From Macrostomum lignano (Eukaryota): 64,000 bases of DNA. This document shows, piece after piece, positions 20,501-32,624 of this stretch; within the stretch, counting starts at the first letter, position 1, and each line of letters begins with the position of its first letter. Location of the stretch: assembly GCA_002269645.1 (NCBI GenBank), contig NIVC01001979.1, positions 124,001 through 188,000 on the forward strand, read 5' to 3'. Below the pieces are notes generated by a model, which saw only the letters and a list, made by a program, of their open reading frames with translations, had not been told where the DNA came from and ran no database searches. A program made the position numbers and the translations under genes.

Positions 20501-22175
20501 CATCCTGCAGACACAAACATCCTGCAGACACAAGCATCCTGCAGACACAAACATCCTGCAGACACAAACATCCTGCAGACACAAGCATCCTGCAGACACA
20601 AACATCCTGCAGACACAAACATCCTGCAGACACAAACATCCTGCAGACACAAACATCCTGCAGACACAAGCATCCTGCAGACACAAACATCCTGCAGACA
20701 CAAACATCCTGCAGACACAAACATCCTGCAGACACAAACATCCTGCAGACACAAACATCCTGCAGACACAAGCATCCTGCAGACACAAACATCCTGCAGA
20801 CACAAACATCCTGCAGACACAAACATCCTGCAGACACAAACATCCTGCAGACACAAACATCCTGCAGACACAAACATCCTGCAGACACAAACATCCTGCA
20901 GACACAAGCATCCTGCAGACACAAACATCCTGCAGACACAAACATCCTGCAGACACAAACATCCTGCAGACACAAACATCCTGCAGACACAAACATCCTG
21001 CAGACACAAACATCCTGCAGACACAAACATCCTGCAGACACAAGCATCCTGCAGACACAAACATCCTGCAGACACAAACATCCTGCAGACACAAACATCC
21101 TGCAGACACAAACATCCTGCAGACACAAGCATCCTGCAGACACAAACATCCTGCAGACACAAACATCCTGCAGACACAAACATCCTGCAGACACAAACAT
21201 CCTGCAGACACAAGCATCCTGCAGACACAAACATCCTGCAGACACAAAAATCCTGCAGACACAAACATCCTGCAGACACAAACATCCTGCAGACACAAAC
21301 ATCCTGCAGACACAAACATCCTGCAGACACAAACATCCTGCAGACACAAGCATCCTGCAGACACAAACATCCTGCAGACACAAACATCCTGCAGACACAA
21401 ACATCCTGCAGACACAAACATCCTGCAGACACAAGCATCCTGCAGACACAAACATCCTGCAGACACAAACATCCTGCAGACACAAACATCCTGCAGACAC
21501 AAACATCCTGCAGACACAAACATCCTGCAGACACAAACATCCTGCAGACACAAACATCCTGCAGACACAAACATCCTGCAGACACAAACATCCTGCAGAC
21601 ACAAACATCCTGCAGACACAAACATCCTGCAGACACAAACATCCTGCAGACACAAACATCCTGCAGACACAAGCATCCTGCAGACACAAACATCCTGCAG
21701 ACACAAACATCCTGCAGACACAAACATCCTGCAGACACAAACATCCTGCAGACACAAGCATCCTGCAGACACAAACATCCTGCAGACACAAACATCCTGC
21801 AGACACAAACATCCTGCAGACACAAACATCCTGCAGACACAAACATCCTGCAGACACAAGCATCCTGCAGACACAAACATCCTGCAGACACAAACATCCT
21901 GCAGACACAAACATCCTGCAGACACAAACATCCTGCAGACACAAACATCCTGCAGACACAAACATCCTGCAGACACAAACATCCTGCAGACACAAACATC
22001 CTGCAGACACAAACATCCTGCAGACACAAGCATCCTGCAGACGCAAACATCCTCTAGACACAAACATCCTGCAGACACAAGCATCTATCCTCCAGACACA
22101 AACATCCTGCAGACGCAAATATCCTGCAGACACAAACATCCTGCAGACACAAAAATCCTGCAGACACAAGCATCC
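17505..22175. repeat. 17-bp satellite ACATCCTGCAGACACAA (~4.3 kb)
   Basis: Hundreds of tandem units with A/G variants, interrupted once by a SINE. It explains the ~1300-aa pseudo-ORFs with a 17-aa period. Confidence 0.98.
17897..18256 (-). mobile_element. tRNA-derived SINE (~360 bp)
   Basis: Minus-strand head GGGGCCGTAGCCCAGCGGTAGCGC..CCAGGCTCGATTCC (A and B boxes) and a TAATAAAAAAA tail. 12-bp TSD TATCCTGCAGAC / TATCCTGCAAAC at 17885-17896 and 18257-18268. Confidence 0.82.
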
Positions 22176-22542
22176 TGCTTCACAATCACAATCTAATATA
22201 CTAAAATGGTTTGTCGGTAGGTATCTTCGCATAACTAAAAATTCTCATTCACCCAAAAATTTGAATTCCCTCAAATGTTTAAACTACACTGTTTAAGCAA
22301 GAAAGAAGAAGCAAGCAAAGCACGTCTCAGACTCAGTCTATTAGAAATGCATCTGGCACACTGATGAGGGGCCTTCGGGCCATAGACATGACCGGGCGGG
22401 AAGCGCTGGGCCCCAGGGGGCGAAGGCAAAGTTCTGCACGATTTTATTAATACTGAATTCGCTTAGTCCCAGCACAGCCGCAGAGGGACGTCAGAAAAAG
22501 AAGTCAACACAGCCGATTTATCTCAGCTCTGCACCCTCGCTA

Positions 22543-23922
22543 ATGGCAGCAGCGGGCAGGGCGACGGCGTCGGGCAGGTCGTCAATCGACAGTCGTTCGT
22601 TTCCAAAATTCCAGCCGATGCCGTCGAACGCGAACAACAGAGGCTGGCAGAGGCAGCAGCAGTCCACGCAGCAACAGGCGCCGCCGACTCAGGCTGGCGG
22701 GCAGCACTGCGGCCGCTCGCACTCTGTCAAGCAGCAGAACCTCTGCCCAGGCCAGCAGGACGATGACTCCGACGCCAGGCAGGTCTGCTGCTCCGCGCAC
22801 CCCAACGTGGCCGGCTGCTGCTCGGCCAGACCGCCCGCCCTGCCGCTTGGGGCCGCCGGCTACTCGGCCTGCCAGCGGCCCTACAAGCCGCCGCCGCCAC
22901 TCGGCGGCAACTGCGGCCGCGCCGTACCGCTGGCCTCGCTAACCAGAATCTACAGGCCCGAGGATGAGCAGCCGAGTGCCGAGGAGAGCGCCGGTGGCCC
23001 TGACTGGGAGACGGACGGCGGCGAGGGCCAGACGGCCACCGCGACGGCCACCGCCACCACGGGGGTGCGCACCGATGACGCGGCGACCGCAGGCACCGGG
23101 GCAGCTGACGAAGGCGCCGACCTGGTGGCTACGCACAGCTGTCCGGTGAGCTCGGCCAGTCCGGAGTCCCGCCAGGGCTGCTGCCGAAGGCCGCCTGGCC
23201 AGACGCCACCGCTGTCGCAACTGCAGGTCCTCATCCAGCAGCCACCGCAGCCTCAGCTGGAAGCCGCTCCTGCCAACGCCAACCAGACGGACGCGGCCAA
23301 GCCCGACAATGCCCGGCGACACAGGCGCCGCCGGCTGTTCTTTCCGTCGCTCTCCCGACGCAAGAAGCAAACAGCTGACGGCGGCAGCGGCGGCGGGCAG
23401 AGAAAGCGCTCAACAACTGAACCACCGCCGACACAGCCGCCGCCATCGGAGCCGCAACTGACTCAGCCGGTGCAGGAACTGCAGCAACCGCGGGTGCAGC
23501 AGCAGCAGCAGCGACAGAGACAGCAGAGCATCTCAATGCGGACGGCCCCGTTGTCATCCAGCCGCCCGTGGTGGCAGCATCAGCAGCACAATCAGTACCA
23601 GCAGCGCCACAGCAAGCAGAGCCAGCAGCCGCTGTTTTTGCAGTCGCTGTCCTCTCCGGCACCGCTGGGAGATTCGACAATCTACGCCTGCGGCAGCGGC
23701 GGCGGCGGCGGCGGCGGCGCTTCCCGCCGTACGCCAGACTTCGAACAAGAGACGGAGCGCAGTCCGCCACGGCTGCACCCCTGCCAGCGCCACCGTGTGC
23801 AGCAGCAGCAGCAGCAGCTCACCAACCGAGGCCCCTTTTCTGGCCTGGTCCGGTCAAGGGACAGCTTCTCTGCCCAGCACTACTACAGCAGCCGAAGCAG
23901 CTCGGCCTCTGACTTGTATTGA
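22543..23922 (+). CDS. Unassigned 459-aa low-complexity Q/P/S/G-rich ORF
   Basis: Long, GC-rich ORF not derived from tandem repeats, with an ATG start and a basic NLS-like patch (RRHRRRRLFFPSLSRRKK). No recognisable domain. Confidence 0.45.
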   Translation: MAAAGRATASGRSSIDSRSFPKFQPMPSNANNRGWQRQQQSTQQQAPPTQAGGQHCGRSHSVKQQNLCPGQQDDDSDARQVCCSAHPNVAGCCSARPPALPLGAAGYSACQRPYKPPPPLGGNCGRAVPLASLTRIYRPEDEQPSAEESAGGPDWETDGGEGQTATATATATTGVRTDDAATAGTGAADEGADLVATHSCPVSSASPESRQGCCRRPPGQTPPLSQLQVLIQQPPQPQLEAAPANANQTDAAKPDNARRHRRRRLFFPSLSRRKKQTADGGSGGGQRKRSTTEPPPTQPPPSEPQLTQPVQELQQPRVQQQQQRQRQQSISMRTAPLSSSRPWWQHQQHNQYQQRHSKQSQQPLFLQSLSSPAPLGDSTIYACGSGGGGGGGASRRTPDFEQETERSPPRLHPCQRHRVQQQQQQLTNRGPFSGLVRSRDSFSAQHYYSSRSSSASDLY

Positions 23923-24436
23923 AGCACTGAATGAGATTGAAACAATCGAAATAGACTTTTTGAGTTGTTGCAATTTTTTTCAAAGTCCCGATGTTGAATT
24001 TACTTTTTTGAGTCGCTTTTCGTGTGTGTCCGCCTTGTTTTGCAGCTCGATACGCCTCCATCTCCATTCTCCCCTATGCTCAGAGAGCAACTTTTTTAAA
24101 GCTGGGCTAATAATCTCAGAAACAAAAGAATAGCAAACCCAGAGAACGCTTTAATAGCGATGCCCTCGCTTTCATTTGCGATGTTGCCCTGCAGTGAGTT
24201 CAACTTTTTGCCTAATTCATTTTCACAATTTTATTTTCTCTCGAATAAAACAAAGGAGAAATTACGTGTACAATTTTCAAAACGGCCTTCTGGATGGCTG
24301 GGATTGAAATGTGCAATTTATTGCTAACAGATGGGGCTGTGGAGCCACTGAGATATCTAGTATTGGCTTAAATCAATGAGAAAGTAAGTTTGGAGTCCTC
24401 CCCCAGCTTTTTGGACTGTCACCCTTTGCTGTTCAG

Positions 24437-25930
24437 TTGGGCTGCAAACCCCTCTTGGTTTTATTAGGCTGCAAACCCCTCTTGGTTTTATTAGGCTGCC
24501 AACCCCTCTTGGTTTTATTAGGCTGCAAACCCCTCTTGGTTTTATTAGGCTGCAAACCCCTCTTGGTTTTATTAGGCTGCAAACCCCTCTTGGTTTTATT
24601 AGGCTGCAAACCCCTCTTGGTTTTATTAGGCTGCAAAACCCTCTTGGTTTTATTAGGCTGCAAACCCCTCTTGGTTTTATTAGGCTGCAAAACCCTCTTG
24701 GTTTTATTAGGCTGCCAACCCCTCTTGGTTTTATTAGGCTGCAAACCCCTCTTGGTTTTATTAGGCTGCAAACCCCTCTTGGTTTTATTAGGCTGCAAAC
24801 CCCTCTTGGTTTTATTAGGCTGCAAAACCCTCTTGGTTTTATTAGGCTGCAAACCCCTCTTGGTTTTATTAGGCTGCAAAACCCTCTTGGTTTTATTAGG
24901 CTGCCAACCCTTCTTGGTATCATTGGGCTGCCAACCCCTCCCGGTTTTATTGGGTTGCCAGCCCCTCTTGGTATCATTGGGCTGCCAACCCCTCCCGGTT
25001 TTATTGGGCTGCCAACCCCTCCCGGTTTTATTGGGCTGCCAGCCCCTCCCTGTTTTATTGGGCTGCCAACCCCTCCCGGTTTTATTGGGCTGCCAACCCC
25101 TCCCGGTTTTATTGGGCTGCCAGCCCCTCCCGGTTTTATTGGGCTGCCAACCCCTCCCGGTTTTATTGGGCTGCCGAACCGGGGGCCCATCACAAGCTCG
25201 AAAAATCACATCGTCGAAAAGCATCCACCATCATAAGCTCGAAAAATCACATCGTCGAAAAGTTTAGCAACCACTATCACAAGCTCGAAAAGTCATAAGC
25301 TCGAAAAATCATATCGTCGAAAAGGTTAGCAACCACCATCACAAGCTTGAATAGGGTTAGGGTTAGAGCTTGCGCCTTAGGGTTAGAGTTTAGGGTTAGG
25401 GTCGGGGTTAGAACTAGTGCCTTTAAGCTAGGGTTTAGGGTTAGGTTAGGGTTGGGGTTAGGGTTATGGTTCAGGGTTAGGCTAGGGTACTCGTGAATAG
25501 GGTTAGGGTTAGGGCCTTGGGGTTAGGGTTAGAGCTTGTGTCTTTTCGAGCTTGTGATGGTGGTTGCTAAATCAGTTTCGAGTTTAAAATGATTGTGATT
25601 ATGATTTTTCGAGTTTGTGACTTTTCGAGCTTGTGATGGAGCCTTGTTTTCGACGATGTGATTTTTCGAGCTTATGATGGCGACCCGCCGAACCCTCTCG
25701 GTTTTATTAGGCTGCAAATCCCTCTTGGTTTATTGGGCTGCAAACCCCTCTTGGTTTTATTGGGCTGCCAACCCCTCCCAGTTTTATTGGGCTGCCAACC
25801 CCTCCCGGTTTTATTGGGCTGCCAACCCCTCCCAGTTTTATTGGGCTGCCAACCCCTCCCGGTTTTATTGGGCTGCCAGCCCCTCCCGGTTTGATTGGGC
25901 TGCCAACCCCTCCCTGTTTATTGGGCTGCT
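24437..25930. repeat. 27-bp minisatellite GGCTGCAAACCCCTCTTGGTTTTATTA, split by a MITE
   Basis: Tandem units at 24437-25180 and 25695-25930. Two unit variants are segregated along the array. Confidence 0.95.
25181..25686. mobile_element. Non-autonomous palindromic DNA element (MITE) with a telomere-like (TTAGGG)n core, copy 1
   Basis: Inverted arms CCATCACAAGCTCGAAAAATCACATCGTCGAAAA / reverse complement. 8-bp TSD GCCGAACC at 25173-25180 and 25687-25694. Confidence 0.8.
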
Positions 25931-27485
25931 ACCCCATGTTTTATTGGCCTGCAACTCTGCAACGTATATACTGGGCTGCTTGACTTAGCCGCAGAGACCT
26001 GCAGTGCCACCCCTTCTGCGTTTTAACAAACACTTTGCCTACAAGCCAGAAGTAAACAAGAAGGCAGTTCAAATTACAGTCTGTGACAGACATGACTACA
26101 GCAAACGGAGTCGCGGAGGTACATAATTCTACAGTCATAAGCGCGTCAGATGACTGTATCTGAGGCTCTGAGGCCCAGAGAGTGCTAAATCATAATTTAT
26201 TAGTTCAGAATATTAAAGAGGAAGAGATAAAGAGGAACTCTGTGACATAACTGGTGCATATAGCTGCTATAATTAATAATCGAAAATAACAATAATATTA
26301 ATAATAATAATAGTAATATCTCGCACTGGTTTAAACAAAGAACAGTTATAGTTTTTCCAGTTCGTTGTATGTGCATGCTAGTGTTAAAATTATAATAAAT
26401 TAAAAATAGTTCTTGGATTAAGGCAATTAGAGGAAAGAGGGAGAACAAAGTGCGCTTTCAAAGAAAAAAAACTGTCTAATCTCGGTACTAACGGAAGAAT
26501 AAAGTTGCTTTATTGTCATTAAACGGGACCCATGTACGGGGACGAAGAATACAATGCGAAAAAATTAAAAGAGAAAAGGACAGAAAAGAAGAAAAAAACG
26601 CAAATGAAAAAATGGTTCAATTGACGCTGAGCAATGGACTACACATAGATGAGATATCGTCAGCAATGCTTTCCTTGCAACCAAATGTGCTTTAAAAGGA
26701 TATTGTAAAGTTTTCGATGCTTTTTGATGAAAAAATTTCTACCTGCCCATAAAAAATATCAAATAAATAGAGATCGACATGCGCTTTTCGTCTACTAACA
26801 GTAAACTAGCGCATTAAAAAACTTTTTCGATGCTCGAGAAACTATTCGTTGGCTCGAAGTGTCGCAGTTGTACAACAGGAAAAATCGGTTCGAATGGGAG
26901 AACTGACAGACAACCTGCTTCCAGTGGCCAGTGAAAGCTTTAGATGAGATTTCACGGTTTAACACTCGCACTGTCGCACAAAACGTTTCCACTCCAGACT
27001 CTTGCATTGGTACTACACGGCTGAGTTTGAGATTGCAATCTGAGTTCAGCCAGGAAGTGATCGGTCAAGCAGAAATTAACACCGTTTTTATGACGCTTTT
27101 ATGACTTATGAGGCGGGATAAAACCTGCTTTTAATACAACAAAAAAGGAAACGAAGAGTTGAAGAAAGTGCAAAAATCCGGATGGTGACAAGGAATGAGC
27201 CGTTAGCAAAAAAATTGCTTGACAACCAGCGGATTAATGATTGAAGTTCGAGTGACTATCAATAAGAACAATAACTTCAATGATGTGCCAACCACCTGGT
27301 TTTCGCTTTTTAGTTAAAAAAACGCTGGATGACTTTGCGAGCATTATGGAGAATGAAATATTTCCACCAATATTTGCAACAAAGGAAATCGAGGATTCAG
27401 AAAATATTGTTTGAAAATTTGTTTCAAAGGAGTACAAATAACCTCTTTTCTGCATCCGGGGTTCGAATTTTTAACAGATACCATT

Positions 27486-27850
27486 GGAAACCCGATTGGA
27501 ACCTGCTTGGAAACCCACCGGAACCTGTTTGGAAACCCACCGGAACCTGTTTGGAAACCCACCAGAACCTTTTTGGAAACCCGATTGGAACCTGTTTGGA
27601 AACCCGATTGGAACCTTTTTGGAAACCCGATTGGAACCTGTTTGGAAACCCGATTGGAACCTGTTTGGAAACCCGATTGGAACCTGTTTGGAAACCCGAT
27701 TGGAACCTGTTTGGAAACCCGATTGGAACCTGTTTGGAAACCCGATTGGAACCTGTTTGGAAACCCGATTGGAACCTGTTTGGAAACCCACCGGAACCTG
27801 TTTGGAAACCCACCGGAACCTGTTTGGAAACCCACCGGAACCTGTTTGGA
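27486..27850. repeat. 22-23-bp minisatellite GGAACCTGTTTGGAAACCCGATT
   Basis: Tandem units just downstream of the synaptotagmin stop codon. Confidence 0.95.
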
Positions 27851-27958
27851 AATCACAGAGACGTCATTTCAGCTGCGCCCACAACAATCCATTGCTGTCC
27901 CCAAATTTCCAAGAACTTTTCACAGTTCGTCACGGTCGCGGAGTTCCAGCCAGGGGGT

Positions 27959-29209
27959 TCAGGACTTCTCCGGCATCTCCTGCAGCGTGTGCCACTGGGC
28001 GATGGGCCGCCTGGGATTGGCCAGCATGTCCGACCAATGGCGCAGCTCGGCCTGCGTGGCCGTGCAGCCCAGCACGACGCGGCCAATCGGCTCGCTGGTG
28101 CCGATGCGGTCGTAGTCAACCACCGTGACGATGAGCGTCACCTTCTGGATCTGCTCGAACGGAACTTCGAAGGTAAACGACTCGTTATAATAAGGGTTCA
28201 ACGTGCACTTCTTAATAGTGGTCTTCTTCTTCTTCAACCGCTTGCCGTTCATCATCAGCGACAGTTTGACGTACGGATCCGACAGGCCGCCGACGTCCAT
28301 CTTCTTGAGGTTCTTGGCCTCCAGGATCACGATGGTCAGCTTGCCGGCCGTGGGCACGTAGCGCAGCGAGAAGCAGATGTCGCCGAGCTTGTTGCTCTTG
28401 TCGTCCTCGCTCTCCGGCGGATCGACGTCTTTCCACTCTTCGATGACGCGGGCGAGGTCCATGCAGCCGAGGGGCAGCTTGATCAGGCCGATCTGGTCGT
28501 GCTTGGAGAACCTGTCGAAGTCGTAGATGGCAAACACCAGCGTCTTCGAGGGCACGTCGGCGTACGGCACCTTGAAGACGAAGGTCTCGTTGAACACCGG
28601 GTTGAGCGTCTTGCGGTGCACCTTGGTCTCGAATTTCTTCTTCTTGTCCGGCAGGATGTACGTCTTCACGTAGGGGTCCGAGGTGCCGCCCATGTCCATG
28701 GCCGGCAGGTCCGCGGCTTGGATGACGCCCACGGACAGCTCGCCCTTCTGGAAGTCGTAGTCCAGCGAGTACTGCAGCTTGCCCAGCTTTTCCGCCTCCT
28801 TCTCCTCGGCTCCTTCGTTGTCCTCCATCGCGTCGGCCAGCTCCTCCATGTCCGGCTGCACTTTCTCTTTGCCGAGCTCGCCGCCAAGCAGCTGCACATT
28901 CTTCATGTCCACCGCGCCTTTGCCCTTCTTGCCGTCTTTGCCGCCCTTCTTCTTGCCTTTGCAGATGCAGCGGCGGCAAATGCAGAACAGAATGAGCAGC
29001 ACAAGCAGCGCCGCGCCCACCAGGATGGCCACCACGGCCGCCTTCGACATGTGCATCTTCTCCGATAGGAAGTCCAGCGCTACATTCGCCTGCTTCAGCG
29101 CCTTCTCACTGTTGCTCTTCTCTGTGGAGCCCGGCGTGCCTTCGCCGCCTCCGCTGGGAGTCGTGCCGTCATCGCCGTCTGCCGGCTTGCCCGCCGTCTC
29201 CTTGGTCAT
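27959..29209 (-). CDS. SYT1: Synaptotagmin-1-like, single-exon CDS (416 aa from ATG 29209)
   Basis: N-terminal TM followed by a Cys cluster and lysine-rich linker. C2A ([21 protein letters not shown]), C2B ([23 protein letters not shown]) and C-terminal [10 protein letters not shown]. Confidence 0.96.
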   Translation of the reverse strand: MTKETAGKPADGDDGTTPSGGGEGTPGSTEKSNSEKALKQANVALDFLSEKMHMSKAAVVAILVGAALLVLLILFCICRRCICKGKKKGGKDGKKGKGAVDMKNVQLLGGELGKEKVQPDMEELADAMEDNEGAEEKEAEKLGKLQYSLDYDFQKGELSVGVIQAADLPAMDMGGTSDPYVKTYILPDKKKKFETKVHRKTLNPVFNETFVFKVPYADVPSKTLVFAIYDFDRFSKHDQIGLIKLPLGCMDLARVIEEWKDVDPPESEDDKSNKLGDICFSLRYVPTAGKLTIVILEAKNLKKMDVGGLSDPYVKLSLMMNGKRLKKKKTTIKKCTLNPYYNESFTFEVPFEQIQKVTLIVTVVDYDRIGTSEPIGRVVLGCTATQAELRHWSDMLANPRRPIAQWHTLQEMPEKS

Positions 29210-30339
29210 CGCCTTATGGTTCGGGTATGCGGAATCGCTCGCTGGCAGGGGGTTTTTGCTCCGCTGAGATCTGGGATCGGGGCTGAGCTGGGGGGGATGC
29301 GGCAGTTGGGCCAATATTTAACGTAAAAGCCCGGCCGAGCTGCGGACTCCGGTGGTCACCGCGCGCGGCCCAAGCAAATCGATTGCCGATTCCCCCGCCG
29401 CCCCACCCTCCACCCCCGCCAGCGCCATCTGCCCCTCTCCGCTGCCGCATCCCCTCGCCACCCCACCCTTCGGTCCCGACCACCAGCAGCAGCGCCAACC
29501 TCAATTCCGCTGCTCAGTTGCCCCCGGCAACCCGCGGGATCCAGCAGGAGCGGATCGATACTGAAGGGGCCTCCGCTCCCCACCACCTCCAGTCTGCCAA
29601 CCCCGCGAGCCTGTAGGAGGGTCGGAGGGGATGAGGGAAACAAGCTTGGCTCTTCCCATTCCTGGCCCTCCCCCCACCAGCGCCTGCAGCTCTGGGAGCT
29701 GAGTTGGAAACGGTTGGCTGGGAGGAAGAGAACTCTCTTTCTAGTTTTTTTCACTAGGGGGGATTTGGGAGGATTTAGGAGAATAGGAAATGCGGCTGGC
29801 AGTCCGCTGGGGGGGATGAGTGCAGCGGAGGGGAGGGCGGCTCTGCAGGCCGGCGGGGTCGATGTGTCCGGAGGCCAGAGGCGGACCAAGAAACACAAGG
29901 AGCTATTGAGGCCTCTAATTTTAGACTTTTGGCTTAGCCCTGGAGCTGCTCCATTCTCCCCACTTCTCCCACCAACCCTCCTTCGCTCTGGGCTCTCTCT
30001 CACACACTAGCAGCTAAGCCTCAGAGGCATCTGCGCTCTCCCTCTCTCCTCCCCTCTCTCACTCTGCCGTGCTGCCCTATTAAGCAATAGGGCTACGCAG
30101 GGCTGCAGTGCGCACACAATTGACAGAGCAGATTGGAACTGGCCAACTGTGTAGAGGCTATGGAAGTGGGACTGAGTCTGAGAGATCACAGTGTGTCTCT
30201 TCTGCCTGTCATACAGATCAAACAGACGTATTTTAGCAACTAATAATTCAATGGTTCTGGATGCTAGTGAACAAATTGTGGCAAGTGATGGATCGAAAAT
30301 ATTGCCACTTATAAGCGTCCAGCCAGGAAAGTGGGGGTC

Positions 30340-30847
30340 AGAGAGTGGATAGTGGCGGATCAGAGAGTGGATAGTGGCGGATCAGAGAGTGGATAGTGGT
30401 GGATCAGAGAGTGGATAGTGGCGGATCAGAGAGTGGATAGTGGCGGATCAGAGAGTGAATAGTGGCGGATCAGAGAGTGGATAGTGGCGGATCAGAGAGT
30501 GGATAGTGGCGGATCAGAGAGTGGATAGTGGCGGATCAGAGAGTGGATAGTGGCGGATCAGAGAGTGGATAGTGGCGGATCAGAGAGTGGATAGTGGCGG
30601 ATCAGAGAGTGGATAGTGGCGGATCAGAGTGGATAGTGGCGGATCAGAGAGTGGATAGTGGCGGATCAGAGTGGATAGTGGCGATCAGAGAGTGGATAGT
30701 GGCGGATCAGAGAGTGGATAGTGGCGGATCAGAGTGGATAGTGGCGATCAGAGAGTGGATAGTGGCGGATCAGAGAGTGAATAGTGGCGGATCAGAGTGG
30801 ATAGTGGCGGATCAGAGAGTGGATAGTGGCGGATCAGAGAGTGGATA
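30340..30847. repeat. 22-bp minisatellite GGATCAGAGAGTGGATAGTGGC
   Basis: Tandem units. Confidence 0.95.
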
Positions 30848-31669
30848 GCAGCAGCAGACCAAGGAGGTGACAGTCAGCCATAAGATCCAACAAGCCAATG
30901 CCCAATCCCATTATCCAGTAAGCAAGCAAAGTACACGCCAGACTTTCATCTCGGTGCAACTCAAGCTCTCCATCAGACAGAAGTGGCAAACCAAATCAGC
31001 CTGGGAAGAAACTGGTCCCCCCGCCAGGGCCTGCAAATCCAAGATAAGCAGGTCCCGCAGCAGCAGCAGCCATGAATATCGCCATCAATTTGCTGCTTGT
31101 ATCGGCTCCCTGAAATTCTCTTCCCAAAAACTGGCAATTTTATATACTGACGAATTTCCGCAGTTCCGAAAAAATGGGAAACATGTTTGATGCAGGGACC
31201 GCGTGCTGCAGAAGAGAGAAACCAGCATGATTGCTTAGACGACAGGGAGTTCACGGACAGACAGACAGTCAGCTGGTATGGAACTGGTATTAGCCAAGCA
31301 GAAAACTCTGCACTTGGCTGGATTTCCCCTGGGAGACTGTCGTAGGGGATGGGATTGAGTTAGCGGTGCCTACTGCCGGCCAGGAGGGTCTCCCAGGAGA
31401 CGAGATGGATGGCGACAGGTTTGGCCATGGATGCACGGACTCTAACGAGATGACAGTGCAAGCTGTTTAGTGCAACCGAGTCTGCCGAGCCATCAATTAT
31501 GGCATAAATCAATTACGAGAGATGAATAAATAGAACGTTTCGATTCTATTATAATACTTCAATTTGCAAGAAATTTCGGTTTATTTTCACATGTATTCAC
31601 AACATTGAGTTATCGATATTTTTCCGCGATTCGAATGTTTACAATAATAAGCACGTATATTAAACAGAA

Positions 31670-32022
31670 AGCAGGTGATAGCAGCACAATTAAGGACCAG
31701 AAGCAGGTGGTAGAGGCACAATTAAGGACCAGAAGCAGGTGATAGCAGCACAATTAAGGACCAGAAGCAGGTGGTAGAGGCACAATTAAGGACCAGAAGC
31801 AGGTGGTAGAGGCACAATTCAGGACCAGAAGCAGGTGGTAGAGGCACAATTAAGGACCAGAAGCAGGTGGTAGAGGCACAATTAAGGACCAGAAGCAGGT
31901 GGTAGAGGCACAATTCAGGACCAGAAGCAGGTGGTAGAGGCACAATTCAGGACCAGAAGCAGGTGGTAGAGGCACAATTAAGGACCAGAAGCAGGTGGTA
32001 GAGGCACAATTCAGGACCAGAA
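31670..32022. repeat. 32-bp minisatellite CACAATTAAGGACCAGAAGCAGGTGGTAGAGG
   Basis: Tandem units. Confidence 0.93.
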
Positions 32023-32075
32023 GTACTCGATAATCATCAGCAGCCCGGGCAGTGCAGCTCGCAAGCCCAATCAAA

Positions 32076-32291
32076 TCAGCAGCCGCATTCCCTCAGCAGC
32101 AGGCCCGACCGTGTCAAGCCGGACGGCCGGTGGCCGCGAGCCCGGACAGCGTGACAGGCCAGACAGGCCAGGCAGATCATGGCCGGGTACAGCAGCGGCA
32201 GGCTGGCCAGCCCGGAGCCAGGCGGGGTGTCGGCCAGCCACACAGCCGCAAAGCAGAACAGGAAGATGAGCAGCTTGTCGGAGTTGCGCAT
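32076..32291 (-). CDS. Putative small hydrophobic protein or exon (71 aa, MRNSDKLLIFLFCFAAVWL..)
   Basis: GC3-rich codons, two hydrophobic stretches, and a TTTTTTAATATAG acceptor ~19 nt upstream of the ATG. No homology recognised. Confidence 0.35.
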   Translation of the reverse strand: MRNSDKLLIFLFCFAAVWLADTPPGSGLASLPLLYPAMICLACLACHAVRARGHRPSGLTRSGLLLRECGC

Positions 32292-32624
32292 TAAGCTAGC
32301 CGGCAAGCGCCTATATTAAAAAACAGTATAGCTGTTGACTCAAGGCCGGAAAGGAGCAGAAAATCTGCATTTTCTGCCGCCGGTAACGCTGCCGTTAAAT
32401 TAATAATGCAACACACAAGCTGGGTTTAGAGGGTCTCCGTGCCCCAGCAACTATTAGTGCTAGTGCAACATGGGTCTCCTGCTCTCGCAGTGAATTGGCT
32501 GCTTTCTCTGCGCTGCCAGCAGAGAAATCCGATGCCTCGGGGGGAGACCGGCTGCGAGCGAGAAATTTCTGCCAGGTAAAGAAACCCGACGACTCAGGTG
32601 GCAGACACACCCGAAGGCTTAAAT

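Noticed and set aside
18134-22232. Five ~1300-aa ORFs
   Set aside because: These are translations of a stop-free 17-bp satellite (17-aa period in all frames).
24357-25267. Repetitive ORFs (LIKPRGVCS, QPNKTKRGL, LLGCKPLLV)
   Set aside because: 27-bp minisatellite artefacts.
25340-25530. TTAGGG runs as a chromosome end or fusion site
   Set aside because: They are degenerate, short and embedded in a TSD-flanked element present twice in the window.
27329-29068. 579-aa plus-strand ORF
   Set aside because: It is a minisatellite translation plus the antisense shadow of the GC3-rich SYT1 CDS.
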